NCBI GenBank assembly: GCA_016937155.1
Contig: JAFGWM010000040.1
Coordinates: forward strand, 149,267-213,266
Length of the DNA stretch: 64,000 nucleotides
Direction of reading: 5' to 3'
From: Deltaproteobacteria bacterium
GTDB taxonomy: Bacteria; Myxococcota_A; Polyangia; HGW-17
Position numbers and translations under genes: made by a program. A model generated the notes under the pieces. The model was not told the DNA's origin. It was given only the letters and a program-made list of their open reading frames with translations, and did no database searches. The stretch's first letter is position 1; every line of letters starts with the position of its first letter. Shown piece by piece: positions 17,746 to 28,381 of the stretch.

Positions 17746-18819
17746 TCAGTACCCAATAAACCAGAGGGTGTATCCGAAAAGGAGAGCGGTAAACAGATTT
17801 ATCAATTTTACCATTATGAAATCTTTTCTTGAGTGTGCCAGAAGAGGAATGGCTCCATGACCATCCTGAGAAATGGATGAAGCAAGAAGAATACTGAAAG
17901 GAATCATTCCATTTGCAAACATTGTCACAAAAATCAGATGTGGCCCGGATTCGGGAATCAATCCTATTAATGCTGCCACCAGCATAATAAGAGCCGGATT
18001 GCCGGTTATCGTGGAATCAAGTCTATTGTGTAGAAGAATACTGATTACAACAAATGCTCCAAACGTCCAGAGAAAGATTTTTGGTGCGTGTTTTAAAATA
18101 AGATGTTCCCACAGGTGTTCTCTGATAAAATGTTCTTCGGCCATGGAAATTATAACGAAGGCCAGAGCAGGAACTACTGTGAAAATAGTACTTTGTATGC
18201 TCGGCGTCTCAGCAATGGATTTCCAGAGAAAATAAGATGATATAGCTGCGAGAGATGCCAGAATTATTAACAAGCGGATGTCTCCTGATTTTAAATTTGG
18301 AATAATTCTGGAGATTTTAAATTTTTTTTCCACAGTAGTCTGATGAATTTCAAAGTTATCTTCACACGGACAATCAGAAAATCTGTTTCCCATTACAAGG
18401 TCAGTGACAACGCCTGTGATGATACCAATAAGAAATAAAATGCCAGTGAGTAAAACTGCTTTTTCAGGAAACATTGCGAACATTACAAATGCTTCATCTC
18501 CGCTTGTGGCAATTGTTGCAGCAACAACCGCGCCCACTTTAAATATTTTATGTGAGTAGAGAGAAACAACTGCGAAAGTACCAAAGCATCCCGGAGTTGC
18601 ACCAAGTAGCGAACCGATAATGTGCTGTCCGAGGAGATATCTTTTAAGGGATGTCTGCCATTTTCCCATGGATGCCACATTAAGAAAATCAATAAAAAGC
18701 ATCATGGAAAGTACAAAAATACTAATTGCAAGTGCATGTACGAAAGAGTGTATAAAAGGATGAATCAAATTGTGAGACAAAAAACCCCCTTTCCGGGATT
18801 TTAGGTAATACCGATTCAT
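17746..18819 (-). CDS. polytopic integral membrane protein, internally duplicated transporter-like fold, unknown substrate
   Basis: 357 aa, about 10 predicted TM helices; paired motifs GATPGCFG...TSGDEAF and LIPESGPH...SQDGHG plus a DCPCED loop. Confidence 0.5.
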   Translation of the reverse strand: MNRYYLKSRKGGFLSHNLIHPFIHSFVHALAISIFVLSMMLFIDFLNVASMGKWQTSLKRYLLGQHIIGSLLGATPGCFGTFAVVSLYSHKIFKVGAVVAATIATSGDEAFVMFAMFPEKAVLLTGILFLIGIITGVVTDLVMGNRFSDCPCEDNFEIHQTTVEKKFKISRIIPNLKSGDIRLLIILASLAAISSYFLWKSIAETPSIQSTIFTVVPALAFVIISMAEEHFIREHLWEHLILKHAPKIFLWTFGAFVVISILLHNRLDSTITGNPALIMLVAALIGLIPESGPHLIFVTMFANGMIPFSILLASSISQDGHGAIPLLAHSRKDFIMVKLINLFTALLFGYTLWFIGY

Positions 18820-18928
18820 TTATGTAACCATCAATATGTATTTTAGCAAGACGCAGGTGTGAGTTTTTCAGATTTATCTAATTCAGTAAGATGCAAATTG
18901 TAAAAGAGAGATCTTTTTAAAATATTGT

Positions 18929-18983
18929 TTGACAAATTGTCACAGTATAACTCCTTGATTAATATCATGTTGACAAATTGTCA
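18929..18983. promoter_or_regulatory. two copies of perfect palindrome TTGACAAATTGTCA, 41 bp apart, upstream of the secretion operon
   Basis: direct reading at 18929..18942 and 18970..18983; each is TGACAA-A-TTGTCA; about 170 bp upstream of the gspC-like start; TTGACA also matches a -35 hexamer. Confidence 0.5.
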
Positions 18984-19151
18984 TGGTTATTTCCGATGGA
19001 GATTCATTTTTACAACGAAATAAAAATCGAAAGTAATGTGTATAGTATTGATATAACAGGCAAAAAACTTTTTTTAGTTACTGGAGAATTTCTTTTGATT
19101 TGGATCAGTTTTTGCTTAATATGGCGTCAGTTCTGACCTGAAGGTTTATAT

Positions 19152-20057
19152 ATGGAGAATTTATCTAAATATTATCCGTTGATTATCAATCTTGCCATGA
19201 TTGCGCTTGTTAATTCAGGAGCAGGAATAGCTGCTGCTGATATTACAGCATATTTTTTGTACAGTGCTCCTGTTTATGAGATGGCAGCAAAAGGCATTTC
19301 AAAAAAATCATCCAAAAGGAAGAATGAAAAACGACTGTCCGGGGATATAAGAGCAATTTTGAAAAGAAATATGTTTTGTAGTACCTGTGAGCCCATTTCT
19401 CTTGATGACATTAAGGATGCCGGTGGAAAACAGCCTGAAAAGAAAGTTGACTCCCTCGAAGGTGCAACACTCCTGAGTACAATGCTTGCGGAAAGAGAGA
19501 TTTTTTCTCTTGCTGCCATTGCAGTGGAGAAACCTGAAGTGCGTACTATTCTTGTTGGTATTAACGATGAAGTGGGTGGAGCAAAAGTGATTATGATTGA
19601 GGATAAAAAGGTTACATTCCTTAAGGATGGTAAGGAAAAAATTCTTACCCTTACCGGAGAACCTAAGACAATTGCTTCTAAATCTTCAACCCCTGGAAAA
19701 CCGAAAACCAAGGATGAAGAATGGGCAAGCAAGATAAAGCAGATTGGACCAAATAAATACGAAGTGGAAAGATCTGTCGTAATGGATTTAATGCAGACAA
19801 TGGCTCAAAGAGGTCGTGGTGCAATGGTAATTCCTGATCCTAAAGGTGGATTCAGAGTTTCCTTTATACGATCCTACAGTATTTTCTATAAACTGGGTAT
19901 TAGATCAGGAGATGTGATCAAATCGGTAAATAATATCCAGCTTGATTCTTTTGATAAAGCTCTATTGATGTATACAAAACTGAAAAATGCAAATCACCTG
20001 ACTATTTCAATTAATCGTCGGGGTAAAACCGAAAATATGGATTTTTCAATCAGGTAA
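19152..20057 (+). CDS. gspC: type II secretion system protein C-like (N-terminal TM anchor, C-terminal PDZ-like domain)
   Basis: 301 aa; N-terminal hydrophobic helix; C-terminal GIRSGDVIKSVNNIQLDSFDKAL resembles a PDZ domain; directly precedes the secretin gene. Confidence 0.55.
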   Translation: MENLSKYYPLIINLAMIALVNSGAGIAAADITAYFLYSAPVYEMAAKGISKKSSKRKNEKRLSGDIRAILKRNMFCSTCEPISLDDIKDAGGKQPEKKVDSLEGATLLSTMLAEREIFSLAAIAVEKPEVRTILVGINDEVGGAKVIMIEDKKVTFLKDGKEKILTLTGEPKTIASKSSTPGKPKTKDEEWASKIKQIGPNKYEVERSVVMDLMQTMAQRGRGAMVIPDPKGGFRVSFIRSYSIFYKLGIRSGDVIKSVNNIQLDSFDKALLMYTKLKNANHLTISINRRGKTENMDFSIR

Positions 20058-20072
20058 CGAGAGGGATATACC

Positions 20073-22661
20073 TTGAGACTACTTAATTATTTAACAGTGT
20101 TTGTGGTAATACTTTCAACGTCGACCGGTTCTCTGGCCCAGCGGAAAGCCAGAGATTATAAGTACCGGAGAAACAACAGGGGGAATCTTGGCAAGCCTCA
20201 GGGTGGTGGTGGCGGTTCGGCCACTGCTGTTGGAAGTGCAAAGGATGATCCTAATTTCAATGAATGCAAGAACGTTCCCCAGTACCGGAGAATGAAGGTT
20301 TCACTTAAACCTGAAGCTAAACTTACTGAGTTGATAGGATGGATCAGTTCTCTCACATGCCGTAAATTTATTCTTACTAAAAACATCAGAGCTCAGGAAG
20401 TTACTATTTATTCACCCACCAAGGTAACTCCCAGAGAGTCGTACAGGGCATTTCTAAGTGCTCTGGAGGCAATGGGTCTTACAGTTCAGAAAAGCGGTTC
20501 ATATTATAAAATAATGGAATCAGAAAAAGCAAAGGGTCTTGTTCATCCTCTGGTTACTCCAGGTGGATATGTAGGAACAGGTGAAACTCTGGTTACCGCA
20601 ATGCTTAGAGTCAGATATGCAGAGCTTCAGGATGTGGCAGATGCTCTTGGTAAGTTTAAAAGTAAATATGGTGAAATCACTATTTATAAACCTACAAACC
20701 TTATTATTATCACAGATCTTGCAGATAGTATTACCAGGTTGCAGAGAATACTGAGACATCTTGATGTGGAAGGTGTCAACAATGAGAAAATCTGGGTTGT
20801 GAAGATTAAAAATGGTGATGCAGAGGAAATAGCAAATAAACTGAAAGAAGTTTTTGATACAGCAGGTGGCTCCTCAACATCAAAAACTGCAAAACCGACG
20901 AATTCCTACAGTAACAGAAGAAGTTCCAGAAGAAAACTGTACAAACCCGCAACTAGTACCCCTGCCTCAAAAGTCAATTCAGTGGGGAGTAACTCTTCAA
21001 TATCTAAAATAATTGCAGACGAAAGAACTAATTCACTTATTATTAAAGCTGATGACAGTTCTTATCTGGAAATACTTTCTCTTCTTGGAAAACTGGATGT
21101 AAAACTACCAGGTGGAGAAGAAAAAATTCATATTATTTATCTTGAAAATGCAGATGCAGAAGAAATGGCAGGCCTGTTAGGTTCACTTACTGGTTCTGGT
21201 GGCGGAAGTTCTTATAATTCCAGGAGAAATTCTACCTCAAGACGAGGTTCAACTTCCCGGCGTGGTTCAAGCAGTTCATACAGAGGATACAGTGGCTACG
21301 GATCATCATACGGACGTTCAAACAGTCAGCAGATCCAGGGAATTTTCAAGGGTCCCGTTCAGGTACAGCCTGACAGAAGCACAAACTCTCTGGTAATTAT
21401 GGCTTCGTCAAAAGATTTTCTATCCCTGAGAAGGATTATCAAGGAACTTGATAAACCCAGAAGACAGGTTTTCGTTGAAGTTACAATTATGGAAGTTAGT
21501 CTGGATAAAACCAGAAATCTCGGGTTATCTTTCCATGGTGGAAATACAATAGGAACCGGCGATGAACAATCCATACTTTTCGGAGGATCAATTTCAAATC
21601 AGGCAACCAACTCGATTATTATGAATCCATTGTCTCTTATGGGTTTTGCTGTTGGTTTGAGGGGACCTGAAATTGCGGACGCAGAGTCTCTTCTTGGAAT
21701 TCCAGGTCTTACATTTCCTTCATTTGGTGTGTTCTTTCAGGCACTTCAGACTAATAATGCAGTAAATGTTATTTCATCCCCGCATCTTCTTACCACAAAT
21801 AACGAAGAGGCTGAAATTACAGTGGGGGAGAATGTTCCTTTTCAGGCCGGAATTTCATCAATTTCCTCTCTGGCAAGTTCCTATGGTTCTTCAAGTTCTC
21901 TTGTGATGCCCAGTGTAGCCCCTATTCAGAGACAGGATGTTGCACTGAAGTTAAAAATAGTTCCCCATGTCAATAAGAGTAATTTTGTTCGCATGGAAGT
22001 TGAGCAGGAAATAAATGAGGTTAAATCCATCGATCAGATAGTTGGTCCGACTACATCCAAGAGAAAAGCTTCCACAGTTGTTGTGGTAAAGGATCAGCAG
22101 ACAGTTGTTATTGGTGGTCTGATGACGGAGAAATTCAAAAGTGCTGTTACCAAGGTACCACTTTTGGGGGATATTCCGCTTTTCGGGTATCTTTTTAAAT
22201 CCACAGTTAAAAATGTTGAAAAAACAAATCTTCTTATCTTCATAACTCCTTATATAATAAGAGATGAAAGTGATCTCAGAAGAATTTTTCAGGAAAAGAT
22301 AAAACAAAGAAAAGAGTTTATTGAAAAATTTGCAGCGTTTAAGGATCACGACATAGATCGAACCATAAATTACAAGCATAAATGCGGGATGTTTGAGGAG
22401 ATAAATCGTGAAGCCAAAAAAATGGAGGATGAGATCGAATTAAAGCGTAAAGCTATGGAGGAATACAAGGAAATAGATAATTCCGGTCCGGTTATTGTAA
22501 AAAATGCTGATGTTCTTAAGTTGCAGAAGGCACTTAAAAAAGTCAGAGATGATGATGAAAAGGAAACTGAAAAATCCGGAAAATTGGATAAAAAGGACAA
22601 CAAGTCAGAGTTATCCTCAAAGAATTCTAAAAAACCAGTAAAGACGGGAGAAAAAAAATAG
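20073..22661 (+). CDS. gspD: type II secretion system secretin GspD
   Basis: 862 aa; signal peptide; N-domains; secretin C-domain (VVIGGLMTE...VPLLGDIPLFGYLFK...LLIFITPYII); unusual RS/G-rich insert and long K/E-rich C-terminal tail. Confidence 0.9.
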   Translation: MRLLNYLTVFVVILSTSTGSLAQRKARDYKYRRNNRGNLGKPQGGGGGSATAVGSAKDDPNFNECKNVPQYRRMKVSLKPEAKLTELIGWISSLTCRKFILTKNIRAQEVTIYSPTKVTPRESYRAFLSALEAMGLTVQKSGSYYKIMESEKAKGLVHPLVTPGGYVGTGETLVTAMLRVRYAELQDVADALGKFKSKYGEITIYKPTNLIIITDLADSITRLQRILRHLDVEGVNNEKIWVVKIKNGDAEEIANKLKEVFDTAGGSSTSKTAKPTNSYSNRRSSRRKLYKPATSTPASKVNSVGSNSSISKIIADERTNSLIIKADDSSYLEILSLLGKLDVKLPGGEEKIHIIYLENADAEEMAGLLGSLTGSGGGSSYNSRRNSTSRRGSTSRRGSSSSYRGYSGYGSSYGRSNSQQIQGIFKGPVQVQPDRSTNSLVIMASSKDFLSLRRIIKELDKPRRQVFVEVTIMEVSLDKTRNLGLSFHGGNTIGTGDEQSILFGGSISNQATNSIIMNPLSLMGFAVGLRGPEIADAESLLGIPGLTFPSFGVFFQALQTNNAVNVISSPHLLTTNNEEAEITVGENVPFQAGISSISSLASSYGSSSSLVMPSVAPIQRQDVALKLKIVPHVNKSNFVRMEVEQEINEVKSIDQIVGPTTSKRKASTVVVVKDQQTVVIGGLMTEKFKSAVTKVPLLGDIPLFGYLFKSTVKNVEKTNLLIFITPYIIRDESDLRRIFQEKIKQRKEFIEKFAAFKDHDIDRTINYKHKCGMFEEINREAKKMEDEIELKRKAMEEYKEIDNSGPVIVKNADVLKLQKALKKVRDDDEKETEKSGKLDKKDNKSELSSKNSKKPVKTGEKK

Positions 22662-24410
22662 ATGTCCACTCATCGTCTACTTGGTGAAATTCTGATTAAA
22701 AATATGGGGATAAGTGCGACTGATATTCATAATGCTCTTGAAAAACAGGTGGAAGAAGAATCCAGAATTGGAGAAATACTTGTTAAATCAAAGATTCTTA
22801 TGGAAAAAGATGTTCTGAAAGCACTTGCTATCCAGCAGCATATTTTATTCCGTGAAATGGATCCTAAACCTGAAGATGTGGAACTTGATCTTATTGAGCA
22901 GATACCACTGAATTATGCAAAACAAAACAGAATTACACCCCTCTGGCACAATGATGACGGAACAGTTGAAATTGCATTAAGTGATCCGGGTGTTTACTGG
23001 GCAATCGATGATGTGGCTTCAAAACTGCGGAAAAAATTAAGTATATCACTAATGGAATCTCAAAGGATTCTGGAACTTATCAACAAAGCTTATACAAGAA
23101 GAGCCACAAGTGTTGATCTTGGTGATGAAAACGAAGATTTTGCAGATGGTGATGTTGAGGATCTTGCTGATAATATAGATATTAAAGATGAAGCACCTAT
23201 CATCAGATGGGTAAATGCTATCATATACAATGCTGCAAAGGAGCGGGCTAGTGATATTCATATAGAGCCCGGTGACAGAGAAGTTGTAGTAAGGTACAGA
23301 ATTGATGGTGTGTTGTATGAAACAAAACATGCCAATAAAAATTATCTGAGTGCGATTATTGCGAGAGTTAAAATTATGTCTGGTCTTGATATTGCGGAAA
23401 AGCGCCTTCCTCAGGATGGTAGAATTCGCAGAAAAATAGCGGGCAGGGATATTGATTTTCGTGTTGCAACTATTCCAACAGCAAGAGGTGAACGTATAAC
23501 AATCCGACTGCTTGATCAAAGCAGTATTCTTCTCGGTCTTGGGGATATCGGTTTTGCTCCAAGAGAACTTGATCTTATGGAAGATCTTATTGAGAGACCC
23601 CATGGAATTATTCTTGTTACCGGGCCTACCGGTAGTGGTAAAACTACAACTCTTTACGCATCTCTGAATAAAATAAACTCACCGGAACTTAATATTCTAA
23701 CAATTGAAGATCCCGTGGAATATCAACTTGAGGGAATTTCTCAGGTTCAGGTTAATCCAAAAATTCATCTGACTTTTGCAGCTGGATTGAGATCTTTTTT
23801 ACGTCATGATCCTGATGTTATTATGGTTGGTGAGATTCGTGATCTTGAAACTGCAGAAATTGCTATTCAGGCATCACTGACAGGTCATCTTGTTTTGAGT
23901 ACTGTTCATACAAATGACAGCGCTGGGGCACTTACGAGGCTTGTGGACATGGGAGTTGAGCCGTTTCTTGTTGCATCCTCTCTAAATGGAATTCTTGCCC
24001 AGAGACTGGTAAGAAGACTCTGTCCGGTTTGTAAGGAAGAATATGAGCCAACTCCTGAGGAAATTGATGATGTTGGACTTAACCCTGATGAATTTTTCAG
24101 TGGGATGATAAAGGGTTATCCGGTAAAAGCTGGAACAAGAGTTCCTGGCCCGGGTAAACTGTTCAGAGCCAAGGGTTGTCCACAATGTCTTAATACAGGA
24201 TACCAGGGACGAACAGGGATATATGAGCTCCTCATGATGGATGATGACATTCGTGCCATGTCAATGAAGAAGATAGATGCGAACCAGATTAAAAAACTGG
24301 GTGTTTCCAAAGGTCTGAAAACATTGCGTCAGGATGGGGCTTACAAAGCAATAAGCGGGATTACAAGTCTCAGTGAAGTGATGCTTGTAACCGCGGAAGA
24401 TATAGCTTAG
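22662..24410 (+). CDS. gspE: type II secretion ATPase GspE
   Basis: Walker A GPTGSGKTTT, Asp box, His box, C-terminal tetracysteine CPVC...CPQC; 582 aa. Confidence 0.95.
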   Translation: MSTHRLLGEILIKNMGISATDIHNALEKQVEEESRIGEILVKSKILMEKDVLKALAIQQHILFREMDPKPEDVELDLIEQIPLNYAKQNRITPLWHNDDGTVEIALSDPGVYWAIDDVASKLRKKLSISLMESQRILELINKAYTRRATSVDLGDENEDFADGDVEDLADNIDIKDEAPIIRWVNAIIYNAAKERASDIHIEPGDREVVVRYRIDGVLYETKHANKNYLSAIIARVKIMSGLDIAEKRLPQDGRIRRKIAGRDIDFRVATIPTARGERITIRLLDQSSILLGLGDIGFAPRELDLMEDLIERPHGIILVTGPTGSGKTTTLYASLNKINSPELNILTIEDPVEYQLEGISQVQVNPKIHLTFAAGLRSFLRHDPDVIMVGEIRDLETAEIAIQASLTGHLVLSTVHTNDSAGALTRLVDMGVEPFLVASSLNGILAQRLVRRLCPVCKEEYEPTPEEIDDVGLNPDEFFSGMIKGYPVKAGTRVPGPGKLFRAKGCPQCLNTGYQGRTGIYELLMMDDDIRAMSMKKIDANQIKKLGVSKGLKTLRQDGAYKAISGITSLSEVMLVTAEDIA

Positions 24411-24418
24411 GTGTAAAG

Positions 24419-25651
24419 ATGCCTGTTTTTCAGTATAAATGCGTGGATACCGCCGGAAAACCCGTATCGGGATCCAAGGAAGCTGATTCTGAAAAGGCCC
24501 TCAGGGCTTCACTCAGGAAGGAAGGTCTTTTTTTACAGGAATATAAAAAATCCACCGAAAAAGGGAAAGGTCTCCAGAGAGAAATCGAGATTGGATTTCT
24601 CAATACTGTAAGTGTTGCCGATATCGCATTGATCACAAGGCAGCTTGCCACACTTCTTCGTGCCAGCGTTCCACTTACTGAGTCACTGGCTGCAATAAGT
24701 GAACAGCTTGCGAATGATAAAAAGCGCAGGAAACTGTCGAATATTATTTCTGAGGTAAAAAGAAGTGTAAATGAAGGTCTTTCTTTAGCTGAGTCATTAA
24801 GTAAACATCCTAAAGAATTTAATCAATTCTACGTAAGTATGGTGAGAAGTGGCGAGGCTGCAGGAAATCTGGATGAAGTTTTACGGACTCTTAGTGAATT
24901 TCTGGAAAAACAGAAAAAACTGAAGGATAAAATTCGCAGTGCTATGACGTATCCAATGGTTATGGGTGTGGTTACTGTAATTATTATCGGTATTTTAATG
25001 ACAAGTGTTGTTCCTAATGTGGTGAGTGTTTTTGAGGATACAGATCAGACACTGCCTATTTATACAAAAATTCTGATTGGAACCAGTGAATTTGTGAGTT
25101 CCTGGTGGCTTATGCTGATAGTTGCCTTTAGTCTTTATGTGTATATCTTCAGAAAATGGAAAGCATCAGTTTCCGGTCGGAGGAATTGGGATTCCTTTGT
25201 TTTAAAGGTTCCGGTGGTTGGTGAACTGGTGAGAAAAGTGGCTATTTCAAGGTTTACAGCCACCATGGGAACTATGCTCACCAGTGGAGTTCCCATTCTT
25301 AAGGCTTTGGAAATAGTTAAGGCTGTAATGGGTAATGTGATTCTTCAGGAAGTTGTGGATGATGTTGAATCTGCAATAAGAGAAGGTAAGGGTATAGGTA
25401 AAACTCTTGAACTTTCAGGTGAATTTCCTCCCCTTGTAACACATATGATTGCTATTGGTGAGAAAAGTGGACAGCTTGAAGAAATGTTGAAGAATGTAGC
25501 GATGGCTTATGAAGATGAGGTTGAAACTGCCATCACCAGGCTCACGAGTGTACTTGAGCCGTTAATGATTGTCACAATGGGTAGTGTGGTAGCATTTGTT
25601 GTATTTTCAATACTTATGCCAATCATGCAGATGAATAATATAGGACTTTAG
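24419..25651 (+). CDS. gspF: type II secretion inner-membrane platform protein GspF
   Basis: 410 aa; duplicated GspF/PilC domain with three TM helices. Confidence 0.9.
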   Translation: MPVFQYKCVDTAGKPVSGSKEADSEKALRASLRKEGLFLQEYKKSTEKGKGLQREIEIGFLNTVSVADIALITRQLATLLRASVPLTESLAAISEQLANDKKRRKLSNIISEVKRSVNEGLSLAESLSKHPKEFNQFYVSMVRSGEAAGNLDEVLRTLSEFLEKQKKLKDKIRSAMTYPMVMGVVTVIIIGILMTSVVPNVVSVFEDTDQTLPIYTKILIGTSEFVSSWWLMLIVAFSLYVYIFRKWKASVSGRRNWDSFVLKVPVVGELVRKVAISRFTATMGTMLTSGVPILKALEIVKAVMGNVILQEVVDDVESAIREGKGIGKTLELSGEFPPLVTHMIAIGEKSGQLEEMLKNVAMAYEDEVETAITRLTSVLEPLMIVTMGSVVAFVVFSILMPIMQMNNIGL

Positions 25652-25661
25652 GAGAGAAACC

Positions 25662-26084
25662 ATGAAACGTGAAAATGTTACAGCAAGAGCATTAAGAAAT
25701 CTGAAATCCCAGAGAGGTATGACCCTGATAGAGATTATGATCGTTATTGTTATTCTCGGTCTTATCATTGGTGCAATTACCTTTGGTGTGATGCCCAGAT
25801 TTAAAAAGGCAAAGAAAAAGACTACTCAACTCAAATTGAATAATATTGCAAGTATCCTTACAGAGAGTGCCGAAGAACCAGAGCACAGCGGAAAAGAAGG
25901 AAACCAGATCCTTGAAGCTCTGGTTACTGATGGAACAATTAAAAAGTCTGATCTTAAGGATGCCTGGGGACAGGAAGTCAAGGCTGAAAAAGCTGGAGAA
26001 GGTTTTTGTGTCAGAAGTGCCGGACCTGACAAGAGTTTTAACACAGCTGATGATGTTCTCAGCAATGACTGTAATGAGAACTGA
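25662..26084 (+). CDS. gspG: major pseudopilin GspG (type IV pilin-like N-terminus)
   Basis: prepilin signature ...QRG/MTLIEIMIVIVILGLIIGAI with Glu at +5; 140 aa; unusually long 19-aa leader. Confidence 0.85.
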   Translation: MKRENVTARALRNLKSQRGMTLIEIMIVIVILGLIIGAITFGVMPRFKKAKKKTTQLKLNNIASILTESAEEPEHSGKEGNQILEALVTDGTIKKSDLKDAWGQEVKAEKAGEGFCVRSAGPDKSFNTADDVLSNDCNEN

Positions 26085-26089
26085 TTAAA

Positions 26090-26830
26090 ATGAAGTATTT
26101 CCCCTGTAAATACCCTGATAGGGAAATAAATAAGGGGGAAGAGGGATTTACCCTCATTGAGATACTGATAGTTATTGTTATTATGGGATTAATAATAGGA
26201 AGCATTGCTTTTTATTTTAAAGTTATCCCTAAAATGAGAATGAAAGAAAGCTCCAGGAAGTTTGCCAATGCTATCCGGTTCACTTCCAATCATGCGCGTA
26301 CCACTAGATTGTTTCACCGGTTGATTCTGGATCTGGATGCAGAAAATCCCTCTCTTGAACTTGAGATAGTTCCTTCCGGGGAAACTGTTCCTGATCTTGA
26401 TCCCGAAATAACGGAAGATGAAGAGGATTCGATTACCTTCGAAGAGTGGCCGGAATTCGATCCTGCATCCCCCATAGGACCCACTGGAACAGATGATAAT
26501 TCTAAGCCTTTCAGACCAAGGCTTGGGGGGTGGAAAAAGCCTGATAAATCTTTTATGAAACCAGTTAAGCTTGAGGGAATACATATCAGGAGAGTATCGT
26601 TTCCCTGTATAGGAAAGGAATATGACAGCGGGAAGGTGGCATACTATTTTTTCCCGAATGGACAGAATTTTGGTGGTGTAATTGAACTTACAAGTGCTTC
26701 AGGTGCCAGAATGAAAATGCTGGTTCACGCTGCAACTGGCCTTGTTCAATTTGTGGATGCTGATTCGGATAACAGAAATCTCTGTTTTGATGATGATGGA
26801 AACAACGTTGAGAAACTGGATAATAACTGA
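26090..26830 (+). CDS. minor pseudopilin (GspH-like)
   Basis: prepilin N-terminus ...EEG/FTLIEILIVIVIMGLIIGSIAF; 246 aa. Confidence 0.7.
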   Translation: MKYFPCKYPDREINKGEEGFTLIEILIVIVIMGLIIGSIAFYFKVIPKMRMKESSRKFANAIRFTSNHARTTRLFHRLILDLDAENPSLELEIVPSGETVPDLDPEITEDEEDSITFEEWPEFDPASPIGPTGTDDNSKPFRPRLGGWKKPDKSFMKPVKLEGIHIRRVSFPCIGKEYDSGKVAYYFFPNGQNFGGVIELTSASGARMKMLVHAATGLVQFVDADSDNRNLCFDDDGNNVEKLDNN

Positions 26831-26831
26831 C

Positions 26832-27572
26832 ATGAGAACTACCATGAGCACACTAAAAAGAGGATTTACACTTCTGGAAGTTGTGTTGTCACTGGCTATC
26901 TTAAGTATGTCTCTCCTGTGGATTCTCAAAGGTCAGAGTGATTCGGTTTCAAGGAGTGTAAGAAGCCGGCTTCTTACTCAGGGTATGCATCTGGCTCAGG
27001 CTAAACTTCTGGAAACAGAATTTAACCTCAGAAGAGATGGTTTTGGTACATTCGAGGATGAAAATTGCGGTGATTTTGATCCTTCTGATTATGAGGGTTC
27101 CGAGAGATTCAGATACTGCGTGATTATTGAGAAGATTGAATTGCCGGATATGGCTATGCTACAGGAAAAAATTATGGGTGGTATGGGTACCTCTGATGAA
27201 TCCGCTGAGGGAACAAATACTTCGCCACTTACAGATCTTATTAGTCAGTTTCTCCCAGGGGCAGGTTCATCTTCGATGGATGAAGGTCTGGGAAAAATGG
27301 CTTCCTCTTTTATGGGACAGGCCATGAGTATGATTCAGAGTGTTTTGGAGGCTGCAGTAAGACGTGTTACTGTCAGGGTGATGTGGAGAGTAGCAAAAAA
27401 AGAAAGATATTTTGAGCTGGTGTCATACCTTACTGATCTTGATGAGCTGGATAGATCACTCATCAGTCCTTCAAACACTGGGACTTCAGGTACAACAGGA
27501 ACTTCTTCCACAGGAACCTCTTCCACAACCAGAACGACAGGGAGTTCTTCATCGGGGAGTACAACAAGATGA
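26832..27572 (+). CDS. minor pseudopilin (GspI-like) with Ser/Thr-rich C-terminal tail
   Basis: ORF 26742..27572; likely start MRTTMSTLKRG/FTLLEVVLSLAIL (or MSTLKRG at about 26844); C-terminal TGTSGTTGTSSTGTSSTTRTTGSSSSGSTTR. Confidence 0.65.
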   Translation: MRTTMSTLKRGFTLLEVVLSLAILSMSLLWILKGQSDSVSRSVRSRLLTQGMHLAQAKLLETEFNLRRDGFGTFEDENCGDFDPSDYEGSERFRYCVIIEKIELPDMAMLQEKIMGGMGTSDESAEGTNTSPLTDLISQFLPGAGSSSMDEGLGKMASSFMGQAMSMIQSVLEAAVRRVTVRVMWRVAKKERYFELVSYLTDLDELDRSLISPSNTGTSGTTGTSSTGTSSTTRTTGSSSSGSTTR

Positions 27573-28381
27573 GGTACCTGATTCTTCAACCGCATACATG
27601 TTCAAAGAAAGGCATGACCCTTATAGAGGTGCTTGTTTCACTGGTTATTATTTCAATAATGACAGCAAGTGTGTATGGAACAATTTATACATCCAGACAG
27701 GTACAAAAGGCAAATGAACAGAAATCCAAACAGTATCAGTTGATTAGAGGTTTTCTGTCAATGCTGGAAGATGATTTGAGTATGTCCTATCTGTCACTTG
27801 GGGAAGACACAAGTGCTCCTGAAAAGAGAACTTTTTTCAGGGCAAACTACGATGGTGCCGGCTTAAATCTGGTTTTTTCAACATTTTCACATATCAGAAG
27901 CAGTCGAAAAAATCATGAAGCTGATAATGCCATCGTGCAATATGCAATCATTGACGATCCCGAGATGCCATCAAGATATGCCATAAAGCGCAGAGAAACC
28001 CACAGGCTGGAACAGAAGTATTTCGAAGAAATTCCTGGGGAAAGCTGGCTTATTCTACCAAGAGTAGACTCGTTAAGAATGGAATTTTATGACAAAACCC
28101 GTGATGAATGGCTCGAGGAATGGGATACAACAACCATAGACGGACAGATCAATCGTCTTCCAAATCAGATAAAAATTCATCTGGTGGTTGAAGATGGAAG
28201 GGAGAATCTTATCCACTTCACAACATTTGTTCAGCCAAAACTAATTGATTCAATAAACCTTACACCTTCAGGAAATTCAAGCAGCAGTTCGAGTAGTACC
28301 AGCTCTTCAACGTCAGGAAGTTCATCCACCGGAAGAACAACTACCGGTTCTACAACTTCCAGCACCAGGGTGACAAGATGA
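27569..28381 (+). CDS. minor pseudopilin (GspJ-like) with Ser/Thr-rich C-terminal tail
   Basis: prepilin N-terminus ...KKG/MTLIEVLVSLVIISIM; 270 aa; C-terminal SSSSSSTSSSTSGSSSTGRTTTGSTTSSTRVTR. Confidence 0.65.
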   Translation: MRYLILQPHTCSKKGMTLIEVLVSLVIISIMTASVYGTIYTSRQVQKANEQKSKQYQLIRGFLSMLEDDLSMSYLSLGEDTSAPEKRTFFRANYDGAGLNLVFSTFSHIRSSRKNHEADNAIVQYAIIDDPEMPSRYAIKRRETHRLEQKYFEEIPGESWLILPRVDSLRMEFYDKTRDEWLEEWDTTTIDGQINRLPNQIKIHLVVEDGRENLIHFTTFVQPKLIDSINLTPSGNSSSSSSSTSSSTSGSSSTGRTTTGSTTSSTRVTR

